Both the position numbers and the translations under genes were made by a program. This document shows, one piece after another, positions 1 to 11,832 of a stretch of DNA of 54,355 bases. Numbering within the stretch: the stretch's first letter is position 1; each line of letters opens with the position of its first letter. Where the stretch lies: positions 1-54,355 of the forward strand of contig JACPEQ010000011.1 of the NCBI GenBank assembly GCA_016183435.1. The letters are read 5' to 3'. The notes under the pieces are model-generated. The model did no database searches. It was not told where the DNA came from and worked only from the letters and a program-made list of their open reading frames with translations. This DNA is from Chloroflexota bacterium. Lineage in GTDB: Bacteria > Chloroflexota > Limnocylindria > P2-11E.

Positions 1-241
1 CGCGCGCTCGAGGGCCGCGGACGGCGCGCCGACCGCCTCCGCCCCACCGGGCGGGAGCGGCGCTCCGCGGTAGCGGGGGCGCACGCGCTCGGGCCGCTCG
101 CGCTCCGCGCGCTCGACCCGCTGGCTGGACGCTGCGTCGATCGGGCGGCGCGCGCGCGCGCGCACCCGGTTTCGCTTCGGCACGGGACCGCAGCATAGCG
201 AAGAGGACCGGCGTCTGAGGGGGCGGAGCCCCTCATGGTCT

Positions 242-751
242 ATGGTGCCCGCCGTGACGCTCGACCAGGGGACGCTCTCGACGGTGGCCCTGATCCTCGC
301 GGCCGCGGTCGTGGCGCTCGCGGTCTGGGTGGCGCTCCTCCAGCGCTCGTCGTCACAGCTGCGGCGCCGGCTGCGCTCGGTGTTCGGGAGCGGCGGTGAG
401 CAGGGCCTCGACGAGGTCCTCGACACGATCGTGAAGCGCCTGGACCACGCGGGGCAGCGCATCGACGCGCTGAACGACCTCCAGCAGGACCTCGAGGCGC
501 TCCTGCGCCACGGGACGATCCGCAACGTGGGCGTCGTCCGCTTCAACCCCTTCCCCGACGCCGGCGGGGACCAGTCCTTCGCGATCGCGCTGCTGGCTTC
601 GGAAGGCTCGGGCGTCGTCATCTCGAGCCTCCACGCTCGCACGGATACGCGCGTCTTCGCGAAGCAGATCGAAGGCGGCCGCTCCCGGTACCCGCTGAGC
701 GAGGAAGAGCAGGACGCGATCCGCCGCGCACAAGCCCACCGCGGGGCCTGA
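242..751 (+). CDS. DUF4446 family protein
   Basis: 169-aa ORF with an N-terminal TM helix, a coiled middle segment and a C-terminal block VVRFNPFPDAGGDQSFAIALL..GVVISSLH..R.FAK typical of DUF4446. Its stop overlaps the next start (TGATG). Confidence 0.75.
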   Translation: MVPAVTLDQGTLSTVALILAAAVVALAVWVALLQRSSSQLRRRLRSVFGSGGEQGLDEVLDTIVKRLDHAGQRIDALNDLQQDLEALLRHGTIRNVGVVRFNPFPDAGGDQSFAIALLASEGSGVVISSLHARTDTRVFAKQIEGGRSRYPLSEEEQDAIRRAQAHRGA

Positions 752-1656
752 TGCGGGAGCGGCCGCGGGCGTACGCGATCGTGAACCCCGCGGCCGGCCA
801 TGGCAGGGGGGCGCGCCTCGCGCGGACGATCGGCGCGGAGTTCGAGGCGGCCGGCATGACGCTCGAGGTCGCGGTGAGCCCGGGACCCGGCGAGGCCGCG
901 CGTCTCGCGAGCGGCGCGGTCGACGACGGGCACACCGTCGTGCTCGCGGTCGGTGGAGACGGGACGGCGAACGAGGTGGCGAACGGGATGGTCGGCGGCG
1001 CGGCGGCACTGGCGCTCTACCCGATCGGGTCGGGCAACGACCTCGCTCGCTCGCTCGGCTACCCGCGCGGTCGCGCCCGTCGGCGCATCGCGCAGTGGCT
1101 CGCGACCGAGGCGCGCCGGCGCACGATCGACGTGGGCGAGGTGAACGGGCGGATCTTCCTCAACGCCGCGGGGATCGGCATCGACGGCCATGTCGCGGAG
1201 CGCGTGGTCGCGGCCGAGCGCGTGATCGGCCCGCGCTGGGCGGCATACCTCATCGGCTCGGTGATCTCGATCGCGACGTATCGTCCACAGCGGATGGAGG
1301 TCCGCATCGACGGCGAGACCCAGCTCGGGGACTTCCTCACGATCGTCGCGTCGAACGGCCGCTTCTTCGGGAGCGGCATGCAGCCCGCCCCTCGTGCGCG
1401 GCTCGACGACGGGATGCTCGACGTCACCGTGGCCGGCGATCTCTCGAGGCTCCAGTCGCTCGGGGCGCTCGCACGGCTCTACTTCGGGAAGCACGAGAAC
1501 GGCACGACCATCGTCACGAGGACGGCGCGCCGGGTCGAGATCGACCTGCCGCGCACGCTCCCGATGGAGCTCGATGGCGAGGTCGGGCACGTGGATCACC
1601 TGAGGATCGCCGTGCGTCCGGGCGCACTGGACGTCATGGCGGCGCCCGTGCCGTGA
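751..1656 (+). CDS. Diacylglycerol/lipid kinase family protein (YegS/BmrU type)
   Basis: 301 aa with the AVGGDGTANEV (GGDGT) motif and GSGNDLAR. The length fits DAGK-catalytic-domain lipid kinases. Confidence 0.85.
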   Translation: MRERPRAYAIVNPAAGHGRGARLARTIGAEFEAAGMTLEVAVSPGPGEAARLASGAVDDGHTVVLAVGGDGTANEVANGMVGGAAALALYPIGSGNDLARSLGYPRGRARRRIAQWLATEARRRTIDVGEVNGRIFLNAAGIGIDGHVAERVVAAERVIGPRWAAYLIGSVISIATYRPQRMEVRIDGETQLGDFLTIVASNGRFFGSGMQPAPRARLDDGMLDVTVAGDLSRLQSLGALARLYFGKHENGTTIVTRTARRVEIDLPRTLPMELDGEVGHVDHLRIAVRPGALDVMAAPVP

Positions 1657-1816
1657 AAGCGCCTGCGGCTAAAGGCGGCGCGCGCAGCGCGACCGCCGAG
1701 AAGAAAGCGCCTGCGCCGTGAAAGCGCCTGCGGCCAAAGGCGGCGCGCGCAGCGCGACCGCCGAGAGGAAAGCGGCTGCGGCTAAAGGCGGCGCGCGCAG
1801 CGCGACCGCCGAGAGG
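1656..1816 (+). repeat. 48-bp tandem repeat, about 3.3 units, each unit containing a GC-rich bulged hairpin
   Basis: Units aaagcgSctgcggcYaaaggcggcgcgcgcagcgcgaccgccgagaRg lie at 1656-1703, 1721-1768 and 1769-1816, with a 17-nt partial unit at 1704-1720. The core ggcggcgcgcgcagcgcgaccgcc folds as 5+5 bp with a gca triloop. Confidence 0.9.
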
Positions 1817-3160
1817 AAAGAAGACGCGCGGCGGCGCCTCCCGTCCGTCGACGCCGTCCTGCGTGAGGCGGGACCGCTCGACGCGCGCGCGCGCGAGCGG
1901 CTGACCGCGGCGGTGCGGGACCTGCTCGCCGAGCGGCGCGCGAGCGGCGAAGGCCTCGGTGCCGGCGCCGCCGCGCGGCTCGCGCGCGAGCGCCTCGCCG
2001 AGCGCGACCGGCCCACGCTCCGCCGGGTCCTCAACGCCACCGGCGTGGTGCTCCACACGAACCTCGGCCGCGCGCCGCTCTCCGCGCGGGCGATCGACGC
2101 GATGCGCGACGCGGCCGCCGCCGTGAGCGTCGAGTACGACCTCGCCGCCGGACGCCGTGGCGAGCGGCATGGCCACGCCGCGCGGATCCTCGCCGAGGTG
2201 ACCGGCGCCGAGGACGGCGTCGTGGTGAACAACAACGCCGCCGCGGTGCTGCTCGCGCTCGCCGCGCTCGCGGCGCGCCGCGAGGTCATCGTCGCCCGCG
2301 GCGAGCTCGTCGAGATCGGCGGCGCGTTCCGCATCCCGGACGTCCTCGCGCGGTCGGGTGCCAAGCTCGTCGAGGTCGGGACCACGAATCGCACGTACGC
2401 GCGCGACTACGCCGCCGCGATGGGCGGCCGGACCGCGGCGATCCTCCGCGTCCACGCGAGCAACTTCCGCGTGATCGGCTTCACCGCGAGCGCGTCATCG
2501 AAGGAGCTCGCGGCGCTCGCGCGGGAGCGCGGCGTCGCGTTCGTGCACGACCTGGGCAGTGGAACGCTGCTGGACACCGCGCGCCACGGGCTGAGCGAGG
2601 AGGAGACGGTGCAGGAGGCCGTGCGCGCCGGCGCGGACGTCGTGACGTTCAGCGGGGACAAGCTGCTCGGCGGGCCGCAGGCCGGCCTCGCCGTGGGCCG
2701 GGCGGCCGCGATCGCGAAGATGCGCTCGCATCCGCTGATGCGCGCCATGAGACCCGACAAGATCACGATCGCCGCTCTCGTGGCCACGCTCGCCTCGTAT
2801 CGCGACGGCACCGCTGAGCGCGAGCTGCCCGTCTGGCGGATGATCGCCGCGACGACCGCGTCGATCGGCCGCCGCGCGAAGGCGCTCGCCTCGGCGCTGA
2901 CCGCCGCCGGGGTCCGTGCGAGCGTGATCGAGACCCGTTCCACGGTGGGCGGCGGATCGCTGCCCGAGGAGACGCAGCCCTCGCGCGCGGTCGCCCTCGA
3001 CGGTCACGCGACGCGGCTCGCGCAGCGGCTACGGCGCGCGGACCCACCCGTGATCGGCCACGTGATCGAGGAGCGCTTCGTGCTCGACCTGCGCACCGTC
3101 CTCCCGGAGGACGACGAGCTGCTCGCGCGCACGGTGATCAAGGCCCTGAAGGAGATGTAG
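1718..3160 (+). CDS. selA: L-seryl-tRNA(Sec) selenium transferase
   Basis: LPSVDAVL N-terminal motif, VLNATGVVLHTNLGRAPLS, and the PLP-lysine block FSGDKLLGGPQAG. The only canonical start upstream of the conserved N-terminus is GTG 1718, which puts two repeat units in frame (KAPAAKGGARSATAER x2). Confidence 0.9.
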   Translation: MKAPAAKGGARSATAERKAAAAKGGARSATAERKEDARRRLPSVDAVLREAGPLDARARERLTAAVRDLLAERRASGEGLGAGAAARLARERLAERDRPTLRRVLNATGVVLHTNLGRAPLSARAIDAMRDAAAAVSVEYDLAAGRRGERHGHAARILAEVTGAEDGVVVNNNAAAVLLALAALAARREVIVARGELVEIGGAFRIPDVLARSGAKLVEVGTTNRTYARDYAAAMGGRTAAILRVHASNFRVIGFTASASSKELAALARERGVAFVHDLGSGTLLDTARHGLSEEETVQEAVRAGADVVTFSGDKLLGGPQAGLAVGRAAAIAKMRSHPLMRAMRPDKITIAALVATLASYRDGTAERELPVWRMIAATTASIGRRAKALASALTAAGVRASVIETRSTVGGGSLPEETQPSRAVALDGHATRLAQRLRRADPPVIGHVIEERFVLDLRTVLPEDDELLARTVIKALKEM

Positions 3161-3162
3161 CG

Positions 3163-3546
3163 ATGGAGATCCGACCCAGCCACAGCGAGGACGCGCCGAA
3201 GGCCGTCGGCCCGTACAGCCAGGCGATCGTCGCGGGAGAGCTCATCTTCTGCTCCGGTCAGATCCCGCTCGATCCCGCGACCGGCAAGATCGTCGAAGGC
3301 GACATCGCGGTCCAGACCGGGCGCGTGCTCGACAACCTCGCGGCCGTCCTCAGCGCCGCCGGCAGCGGGCTCGCGCAGGTCGTCAAGACGACCGTCTTCC
3401 TCGCGGACCTGAGCGACTTCAACGCCATGAACGAGGCGTACGCGCTCAAGTTCGGGCAGCACCGGCCCGCGCGCTCGACCTTCCAGGTCGCGGCGCTGCC
3501 GCGCGGTGCGCGCATCGAGATCGAATGCGTCGCGATAAGGAGGTAG
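3163..3546 (+). CDS. ridA: RidA family reactive-intermediate (enamine/imine) deaminase
   Basis: 127 aa with APKAVGPYSQAI, GQIPLDPATG and a C-terminal ARIEIE block typical of YjgF/RidA. Confidence 0.9.
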   Translation: MEIRPSHSEDAPKAVGPYSQAIVAGELIFCSGQIPLDPATGKIVEGDIAVQTGRVLDNLAAVLSAAGSGLAQVVKTTVFLADLSDFNAMNEAYALKFGQHRPARSTFQVAALPRGARIEIECVAIRR

Positions 3547-3607
3547 CGGGCGAAGGCCCCGAGCGACCTTCCCTCCCGCCGCTCGCGACGGGGATCTCGC
3601 TCGGCCT

Positions 3608-5716
<2,109 letters not shown>

Positions 5717-5770
5717 GCGGATCCGGCTCTGCCGGGCCAGAGCGAACTCCTGAAGAGCGAGCGAAGCGAC

Positions 5771-5791
5771 TATCCGGGCGAAGCCCGGATA
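5771..5791 (+). terminator. Possible selB terminator or stabiliser hairpin (weak U tract)
   Basis: Perfect 9-bp stem tatccgggc/gcccggata with a gaa loop, followed only by tt. A second hairpin gctctg-ccgggc-cagagc lies about 30 nt upstream. Confidence 0.3.
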
Positions 5792-5812
5792 TTGAGCAGG
5801 GAGGGACACCGC

Positions 5813-7288
5813 GTGAAGTTCCGTGCCGTACGCGCGTCCGATCTCGGTAACGTGGACGCGCTCATCGTCCCGGTGTTCGAGTCCGGCGAGGCGCCGGCCG
5901 TGGTCTCGAGACCCGTGCGCTCCGCCGTCGAGCGCGTCCGCCGCGAGACGGGCAGGCACAAGCTCTACACCGCGACGACGCACATCGGTGGGGAGCGCGG
6001 CGTCCCGACGTGCCTCGTGATCGTCGACGCCGGCGACAGGGGCGACTGGAGCGCCGAGCGCGCCCGCAACGTCGCGGCCGCCGGCGTGAAGAGCCTGTGG
6101 CGCTCGACGGCGAAACGGGCGGCGGTCGTCCTCAGCGCCGACGGCATCGGCGCCGATCGCGCCGCGCAGGCCACGGTCGAGGGCGCGATCTATTCGATGT
6201 GGAGACCTGAGGTGCACCGTTCGGCCGCGGCCGACCGCAAGCTGCCGCCCCTGGCGAGCCTGGCGCTCGTCACGACCGAGAAGGCGGACCTCAAGGCGGC
6301 GATCCGCCGGGGCGAGGCTGTCGGCGACGCCGTGAACGTCGCGCGCCGGCTCGCGAACGAGCCGGCCAACAAGATGACCCCGACGATCCTCGCGGACGAG
6401 GCACGGGTGCTCGCGAAGGAGCACGGCATCGAGATCGACGTCTTCGACCGCGAGCGCTGCCGCAAACTCGGCATGAACTCGTACCTCTCGGTCGCACAGG
6501 GGAGCCACGAGCCGCCCCGCTTCATCGTCATGCGCTGGCGCGGGCGCGGCGGGCGCGGCTACGACATCGCGTTCGTGGGGAAGGGGATCACGTTCGACTC
6601 CGGTGGGATCTCCATCAAGGGGGCCGAGGGCCTGCACCACATGAAGGCGGACATGACCGGGGCGGCGTCGGTGGTGGCCGCGATCGCCGCCGTGGCGCGC
6701 CTGGGCACGAAGGCCAACGTCCTCGCCGTCGCCCCGTGCACCGAGAACCTGCCAGGCGGCGGCGCGACGAAGCCGGGCGACGTGTTCACGTCGATGAGCG
6801 GCCGCACCGTCGAGGTGATCAACACCGACGCGGAGGGGCGGCTCGTGCTCGTGGACGGCGTCACCTACGCGCAGCGCGAGGGCGCGCGCCGCGTCGTCGA
6901 CGTGGCCACGCTCACCGGCGCGATCCAGATCGCGCTCGGCAACCACTTCACCGGGCTGTTCGGGCGGCCCGACGGCTTCGTGCAGGAGGTCCGCGCCGCC
7001 GGGACGGCCGCGGGCGATCGGCTCTGGCCGATGCCGCTCACAGACGAGTACCGCGAGGAGATCCGCAGCGAGATCGCCGACATCGCGAACAGCGCCGGGC
7101 GCGAGGGCGGCGCGATCAAGGGGGCGGCGTTCATCGACTCCGTCGTCGACGACGGCACCGAGTGGGCACACCTCGACATCGCCAGCACCTACTGGTCGGA
7201 CAAGGATCGCCCGCAGTCGCCGAAGGGACCGCAGGGTCCCGCCGTCCGCACGCTCATCGAGCTGGCGGCGCGTGCGGCGCGCGAGTAA
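5813..7288 (+). CDS. pepA: Leucyl aminopeptidase (M17)
   Basis: [15 protein letters not shown] and [10 protein letters not shown] motifs. GTG 5813 is preceded by gggaggg at SD distance. The ORF also opens at TTG 5792. Confidence 0.9.
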   Translation: MKFRAVRASDLGNVDALIVPVFESGEAPAVVSRPVRSAVERVRRETGRHKLYTATTHIGGERGVPTCLVIVDAGDRGDWSAERARNVAAAGVKSLWRSTAKRAAVVLSADGIGADRAAQATVEGAIYSMWRPEVHRSAAADRKLPPLASLALVTTEKADLKAAIRRGEAVGDAVNVARRLANEPANKMTPTILADEARVLAKEHGIEIDVFDRERCRKLGMNSYLSVAQGSHEPPRFIVMRWRGRGGRGYDIAFVGKGITFDSGGISIKGAEGLHHMKADMTGAASVVAAIAAVARLGTKANVLAVAPCTENLPGGGATKPGDVFTSMSGRTVEVINTDAEGRLVLVDGVTYAQREGARRVVDVATLTGAIQIALGNHFTGLFGRPDGFVQEVRAAGTAAGDRLWPMPLTDEYREEIRSEIADIANSAGREGGAIKGAAFIDSVVDDGTEWAHLDIASTYWSDKDRPQSPKGPQGPAVRTLIELAARAARE

Positions 7289-10200
7289 CGGACCCCGCTC
7301 AGGGGTAGGACCGGCCGGCGCCGCAGGCGGGATACAGGAGGAGCTCCCGCTCCGGATCGCGGAGCCCGCTCCCGACATCCTGCGCACGCTCACGGACGAG
7401 CAGCGCCAGGCGGTCGAGCATGGCGACGGACCGCTGCTCGTGATCGCCGGCGCGGGCACCGGCAAGACGCACGTGATCACGGCGCGCATCGTCCATCTCA
7501 TCCAGAGCGGCGCCGCGAAGCCGCACGAGATCCTCGCGCTGACGTTCACCGAGAGGGCCGCGGCGGCGATGCAGGAGCGCGTCGACCTCAGCACGCCGAT
7601 CGGACAGAACGACGCCGCGATCCGCACGTTCCACGCGTTCGGGGACGACGCCTTCCGCGAGTTCGCGCTCGAGCTCGGCCGGGCGGGGGAGCTGCGTGTG
7701 CTGTCGCCGGCGGAGCAGGTCATCTTCGTGCGCGAGAACCTGTACGAGCTGCCTTTGCGCAGGTACAGGCCCGCCGCCGATCCGCTGCGCCACGTCCGCG
7801 CGCTCCTCGATCTCTTCGCACGCGCGCGCGACGACGACATCTCGCCCGAGCAGTACCTCTCGTTCGCGCGTGGCCTGCGCTCCATCGTCGGCAGCGCCGA
7901 CGATCCGGCGGCCGCCGCCGACGAGGCCGACGCGCAGGAGGAGCTCGCCGCGGTGTACGCCGCGTACGACGACCTCAAGCGCAAGAAGGGCGTGATCGAC
8001 TTCGGCGACCAGATCGCGCTCACGCTCGAGCTGCTCCGGGACCGGCCCGCCGCCGCGGCCCGCCTCCAGGCGCGCTACCGGTACGTGCTCGTCGACGAGT
8101 TCCAGGACACGAACGAGGCGCAGTTCGACCTGGTGCGCCGCCTGGTCGAGCCGCACCGCAACATCACGGTCGTCGGCGACGACGACCAGTCCATCTTCGG
8201 CTGGCGCGGCGCGACGCTCGGGAACTTCGACGCCTTCATCGCGACGTATCCGGAGCACCGCGTCATCACGCTCGTCGAGAACCGCCGCTCGCCGCAGGGC
8301 CTGCTCGACGCGGCGTACCGGCTCATCCAGAACGACCGCGATCGCCTCGAGACCAAGCTCGGCGTGTCGAAGCACCTCCAGGGGCGCCCGTCGCCGGAGG
8401 GCGAGGAGGTCGAGCACCTCGCGTTCCTCACCGCCGCCGACGAGGCCGAGGCCGTGGCCACGGGTATCGCGACGGCCGCTATGCGCGAGGGGCGGAAGTA
8501 CGGCGACTTCGCGGTCCTGGTGCGGAACAACCGCGATGCCGACCGCGTCCTGAACGCCCTCGCCGCGCGCGGCATCCCCGCGCACTTCTCCGGCGGCGGA
8601 CAGCTGTACGACCGCCCCGAGATCCGGCTGCTCATCTCGTTCCTGTCGGCGGTCGCGCAGCCCAACGAGTCGACGCACGTCTACAACCTCGCGACCTCTT
8701 CGCTCTACGCGTTCCCGCCTGGGGAGCTCGCGCGGGCCACCGAGGCCGAGCGCCGCGCGCACAAGCCGCTGCGGCGGCTCTTCGACGAGGTCGCCGCGGG
8801 CGCGGCGGCGGGCTATGGTGACGAGGCGGTGGCCGCCGCGGCGCGGCTCGTCGAGGACCTCCGGCACTACGAGGCGCGGGCCACGGAGCTCTCGACCGCG
8901 GAGCTCCTGTTCGAGTTCCTCGAGCGCACCCAGCTCCTGAAGCGCTACATCGATCCCGACTCGGCGCTCGCGGAGGAGCAAGGGAGGAACGTCGCCAAGT
9001 TCTTCCGCCTCGTCACCAGCGCCGGCCGCGCGCTGCCGACGGACCGCGCCGCGTACTTCGTCCCGTACCTCGAGCTCCTGCGCGAGGCGGGGGACGACCC
9101 GGCCGCGGCCGACTTCGAGGCGAGCCTCGCGGCCGTGAACGTCCTGACGGTCCACAAAGCCAAGGGGCTCGAGTTCGGCGTCGTGTACCTCGCCGTCGCG
9201 ACCGACGAGCGGCTGCCGGGAGCGCTGCGGCGGCCGGACCTGCCGCTCCCGGACGGCCTCGCCCGCACACCCTCGTTCGACCGCGACCGGCACGTGGCCG
9301 AGGCACGCCGGCTGACCTACGTGGCGATGACGAGGGCGAAGGACCGCTTCTCCTTCACGAGCGCGACCGACTACGGCGGGCTGCGGGCGCATCGCCCCAG
9401 CCGGTACATCGCCGAGGCGCTCGGGCGGAAGGTCGAGCCGGTGCGCGGCCGGCTCTCGGCGCAGGTCGAGCTTGAGCGGTCGCGGCCGGCGGCGGCGGAG
9501 GCCGACGCGCGGCTGCCCGCGATGAACGCGGAGGACGTGCTCACGATCTCCTACAGCCAGATCGAGGACTACCGGCGGTGCCCGCTGCGGTACCGGTTCG
9601 CTCACGTGCTCCAGATCCCCGTGCTGCCGACGCCGCAGCTCATCTACGGCAATGCGCTGCACCGGGCCGTCGGCGACTTCCTCCAGCGAAAGCGAGAGGG
9701 CCTGAAGCCGAGCCTCGACGACCTCGAGCGAACGTTCCGCGCGACGTGGCTGAGCGAGGGGTTCATCTCCCCGGAGCACGAGGCCGAGCGGTTCGAGGCG
9801 GGTCTTGCCGCACTACGCCGGTTCTTCGATCAGGAGAAGGGTGCGCCCGCGCCCGACCTCGTCGAGCAGCGCTTCTCGTTCATGCTCGGGAAGGACCGCG
9901 TGGTCGGTCGCTGGGACCGCGTCGACCGGACGCCGGACGGCGCGATCGTCATCGACTACAAGTCGACGGCGCTCGAGGACGACGAGGGCGAGAAGGCGCA
10001 GCGGAAGGCGATGACCGACCTGCAGCTGCTCGTGTACGCCATCGCCTACGAGCGCATGTACGGCGAGCCGCCGGCGAAGGTCGCGCTGCACTTCCTGGAG
10101 ACGGGGGAGCGCGGCGAGGTCGCGCCGCGGCCCGACGCGGTGAACGCGGTGCGCGCGCAGATCACCGCGACGGCGCAGCGGGTCCGCGAGCGGCACTTCC

Positions 10201-10307
10201 CCGCGGAACCGCTGAAGCCGGAGGCGCGGACGTGCCGCGCGTGTCCGTTCGAGCGCATCTGCCCCGAGTCGTGGTTCACGCGCGCCGTCGCGGGGACGAT
10301 CTCCTAG
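7272..10307 (+). CDS. UvrD/PcrA-type superfamily 1 helicase fused to a C-terminal PD-(D/E)XK (Cas4/AddB-like) nuclease with a 4-Cys cluster
   Basis: Walker A AGAGTGKT and UvrD helicase motifs ([27 protein letters not shown]). The C-terminal domain has Cys in YRRCPLRY plus [10 protein letters not shown] and a DYKS nuclease block. Confidence 0.85.
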   Translation: MRRASNGPRSGVGPAGAAGGIQEELPLRIAEPAPDILRTLTDEQRQAVEHGDGPLLVIAGAGTGKTHVITARIVHLIQSGAAKPHEILALTFTERAAAAMQERVDLSTPIGQNDAAIRTFHAFGDDAFREFALELGRAGELRVLSPAEQVIFVRENLYELPLRRYRPAADPLRHVRALLDLFARARDDDISPEQYLSFARGLRSIVGSADDPAAAADEADAQEELAAVYAAYDDLKRKKGVIDFGDQIALTLELLRDRPAAAARLQARYRYVLVDEFQDTNEAQFDLVRRLVEPHRNITVVGDDDQSIFGWRGATLGNFDAFIATYPEHRVITLVENRRSPQGLLDAAYRLIQNDRDRLETKLGVSKHLQGRPSPEGEEVEHLAFLTAADEAEAVATGIATAAMREGRKYGDFAVLVRNNRDADRVLNALAARGIPAHFSGGGQLYDRPEIRLLISFLSAVAQPNESTHVYNLATSSLYAFPPGELARATEAERRAHKPLRRLFDEVAAGAAAGYGDEAVAAAARLVEDLRHYEARATELSTAELLFEFLERTQLLKRYIDPDSALAEEQGRNVAKFFRLVTSAGRALPTDRAAYFVPYLELLREAGDDPAAADFEASLAAVNVLTVHKAKGLEFGVVYLAVATDERLPGALRRPDLPLPDGLARTPSFDRDRHVAEARRLTYVAMTRAKDRFSFTSATDYGGLRAHRPSRYIAEALGRKVEPVRGRLSAQVELERSRPAAAEADARLPAMNAEDVLTISYSQIEDYRRCPLRYRFAHVLQIPVLPTPQLIYGNALHRAVGDFLQRKREGLKPSLDDLERTFRATWLSEGFISPEHEAERFEAGLAALRRFFDQEKGAPAPDLVEQRFSFMLGKDRVVGRWDRVDRTPDGAIVIDYKSTALEDDEGEKAQRKAMTDLQLLVYAIAYERMYGEPPAKVALHFLETGERGEVAPRPDAVNAVRAQITATAQRVRERHFPAEPLKPEARTCRACPFERICPESWFTRAVAGTIS

Positions 10308-10360
10308 CGCGCGTTCGCGCCATGTGCCTTTGCGCACGGACGCGATAGGGTGGCGGCTCA

Positions 10361-11584
10361 ATGGCTGGGGTTGAGGAGAGGGAGGAGGCTGCGGCGCAGT
10401 TCGGCGCCGCGCGCGCGATCGCGTACGGCGGCGGCAACGCGGGAGCGGGGTTCCTCTTCGCGTTCATGAACACGGCGGTCCCGCTGTACCTCAGCAGCTA
10501 TGGGATGCCCAACACGTGGATCGGTCTCTTCTCGCAGGAGCGTCCGCCGACGGCGGGCATCGGGCAGATCGTCATCGGCGCGCTGTCGGACCGGACGCGC
10601 GCTCGTCTCGGGCGACGCCGCCCCTACATCCTCATCGGGATCCCGCTCACCATCCTCGCCCTGCTGGGGCTCATCCCGCATCCGCCCCTCTCGGTCGTCG
10701 TCGCGCTTCTGCTCCTCCTCACGATGGCGTTCGCGATCGGCTACGGTCCATACCTCGCGCTGCTCGCCGACCTTGTGCCGCCCGATCGCCGTTCGCGGGT
10801 GGGCGGCGTGCTGAACATCACGAACATGCTCGGGCAGCTCGCGATCCTCGTCCTCGCGATGCAGCTGTGGAGCTCGAACGAGCGGCTGGTGTTCTTTGTC
10901 GTCGCGGCCGCGCTGCTGGTCGGCTTCGCGATCACGGTCCTCTTCGTCCCCGAGCGCCCTCTCCGCGCAGCACCGCCCGCCGGGCGTATGGACCTCGGTG
11001 ACTACGTGCGCGATGTGTTCGCGCACCGTGAGGTGATGAAGTACCTGCTCGCCACACTCCTGTTCTGGCTGGGCACTGCTGGTGTGGTCCCGTTCATCAC
11101 GCGATTCGCCGTCACGGAGCTCGAGACGACGGAGGGGGTCGCGTTCCAGTTATTCATCGTCGCGGTCGCCGGAACCGCGCTCGGCACGCTGCCGGTCGGA
11201 TGGTTAGCGGACCGCGTCGGCAAGAAGCCCGTGATGATGGTTGGGCTTGCGGTCTTCGGCCTCAGCGCGCTCGCTGGCTCGCAGGTCCGCACGGTCGAGT
11301 CCGCGATGGTCGTGATGGCGGTGATCGGGCTCGCGAATGCCGCCTGCACCACGCCACTCCTTCCGCTGCTCGCGGACCTCATCCCGCGCGACCGGGCGGG
11401 CGAGTTCAGTGGTATCGGCACCGGTGTGTGGGAGTTCGCTCAGCCCTTTGGCGCGATCATGGGTGGAGCGATCGCCGACGCGACCGGCTCGCTGCGCTCG
11501 ACGCTGGTCATCGCCGGCGTGCTTGTGCTCCTCGCGAGCGTGCTCCTCACTCCGGTCCGCGCACCGCGCATCACGACCGGGTGA
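10361..11584 (+). CDS. MFS transporter
   Basis: 407 aa with about 12 predicted TM helices and the loop 2-3 motif GALSDRTRARLGRRRPYIL. Confidence 0.8.
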   Translation: MAGVEEREEAAAQFGAARAIAYGGGNAGAGFLFAFMNTAVPLYLSSYGMPNTWIGLFSQERPPTAGIGQIVIGALSDRTRARLGRRRPYILIGIPLTILALLGLIPHPPLSVVVALLLLLTMAFAIGYGPYLALLADLVPPDRRSRVGGVLNITNMLGQLAILVLAMQLWSSNERLVFFVVAAALLVGFAITVLFVPERPLRAAPPAGRMDLGDYVRDVFAHREVMKYLLATLLFWLGTAGVVPFITRFAVTELETTEGVAFQLFIVAVAGTALGTLPVGWLADRVGKKPVMMVGLAVFGLSALAGSQVRTVESAMVVMAVIGLANAACTTPLLPLLADLIPRDRAGEFSGIGTGVWEFAQPFGAIMGGAIADATGSLRSTLVIAGVLVLLASVLLTPVRAPRITTG

Positions 11585-11832
11585 ACGTTGCCGGAAATGC
11601 AGCTGCGTGAACGGCGCGAAAGAGAAAGGCGGGGTTCGCCATGATCGCCGGGCGGTAGACGACATGACCCTCTGCCTGCCGGTCAACGGAGTGCCGCAGT
11701 TCCGGCAGGTGAATGGTTCCGCGGCCGCCACGGCCGCGTATGGTAGAACACCTGTGCTATTCTGCCGTGTCTGACGAGTAGCACAATCGCCATGCGCGGG
11801 GCGGCGCGACGAAGGGCCGGAGGAGTAGCGCC

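Noticed and set aside
1-183. Possible 5' end of a leftward gene (GTG at 183, minus strand; VPKRNRVRARARRPIDAASSQRVERAE...) continuing beyond the window.
   Set aside because: Third-position GC is high, but that is weak evidence at this GC content. There are only 61 low-complexity codons, no recognisable family and no stop inside the window, so it is too little to call a feature.
1653-1816. The tandem repeat as a CRISPR array.
   Set aside because: The units are contiguous with no unique spacers, there are only about 3 copies, the period is 48 bp and there are no cas genes. It is a simple tandem repeat.
5717-5812. tRNA-Sec (selC) next to selB, and also in the ridA-selB spacer at 3547-3800.
   Set aside because: I could build no cloverleaf with a UCA anticodon, a long variable arm or an 8/9-bp acceptor stem on either strand. 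The hairpins present are simple stem-loops.
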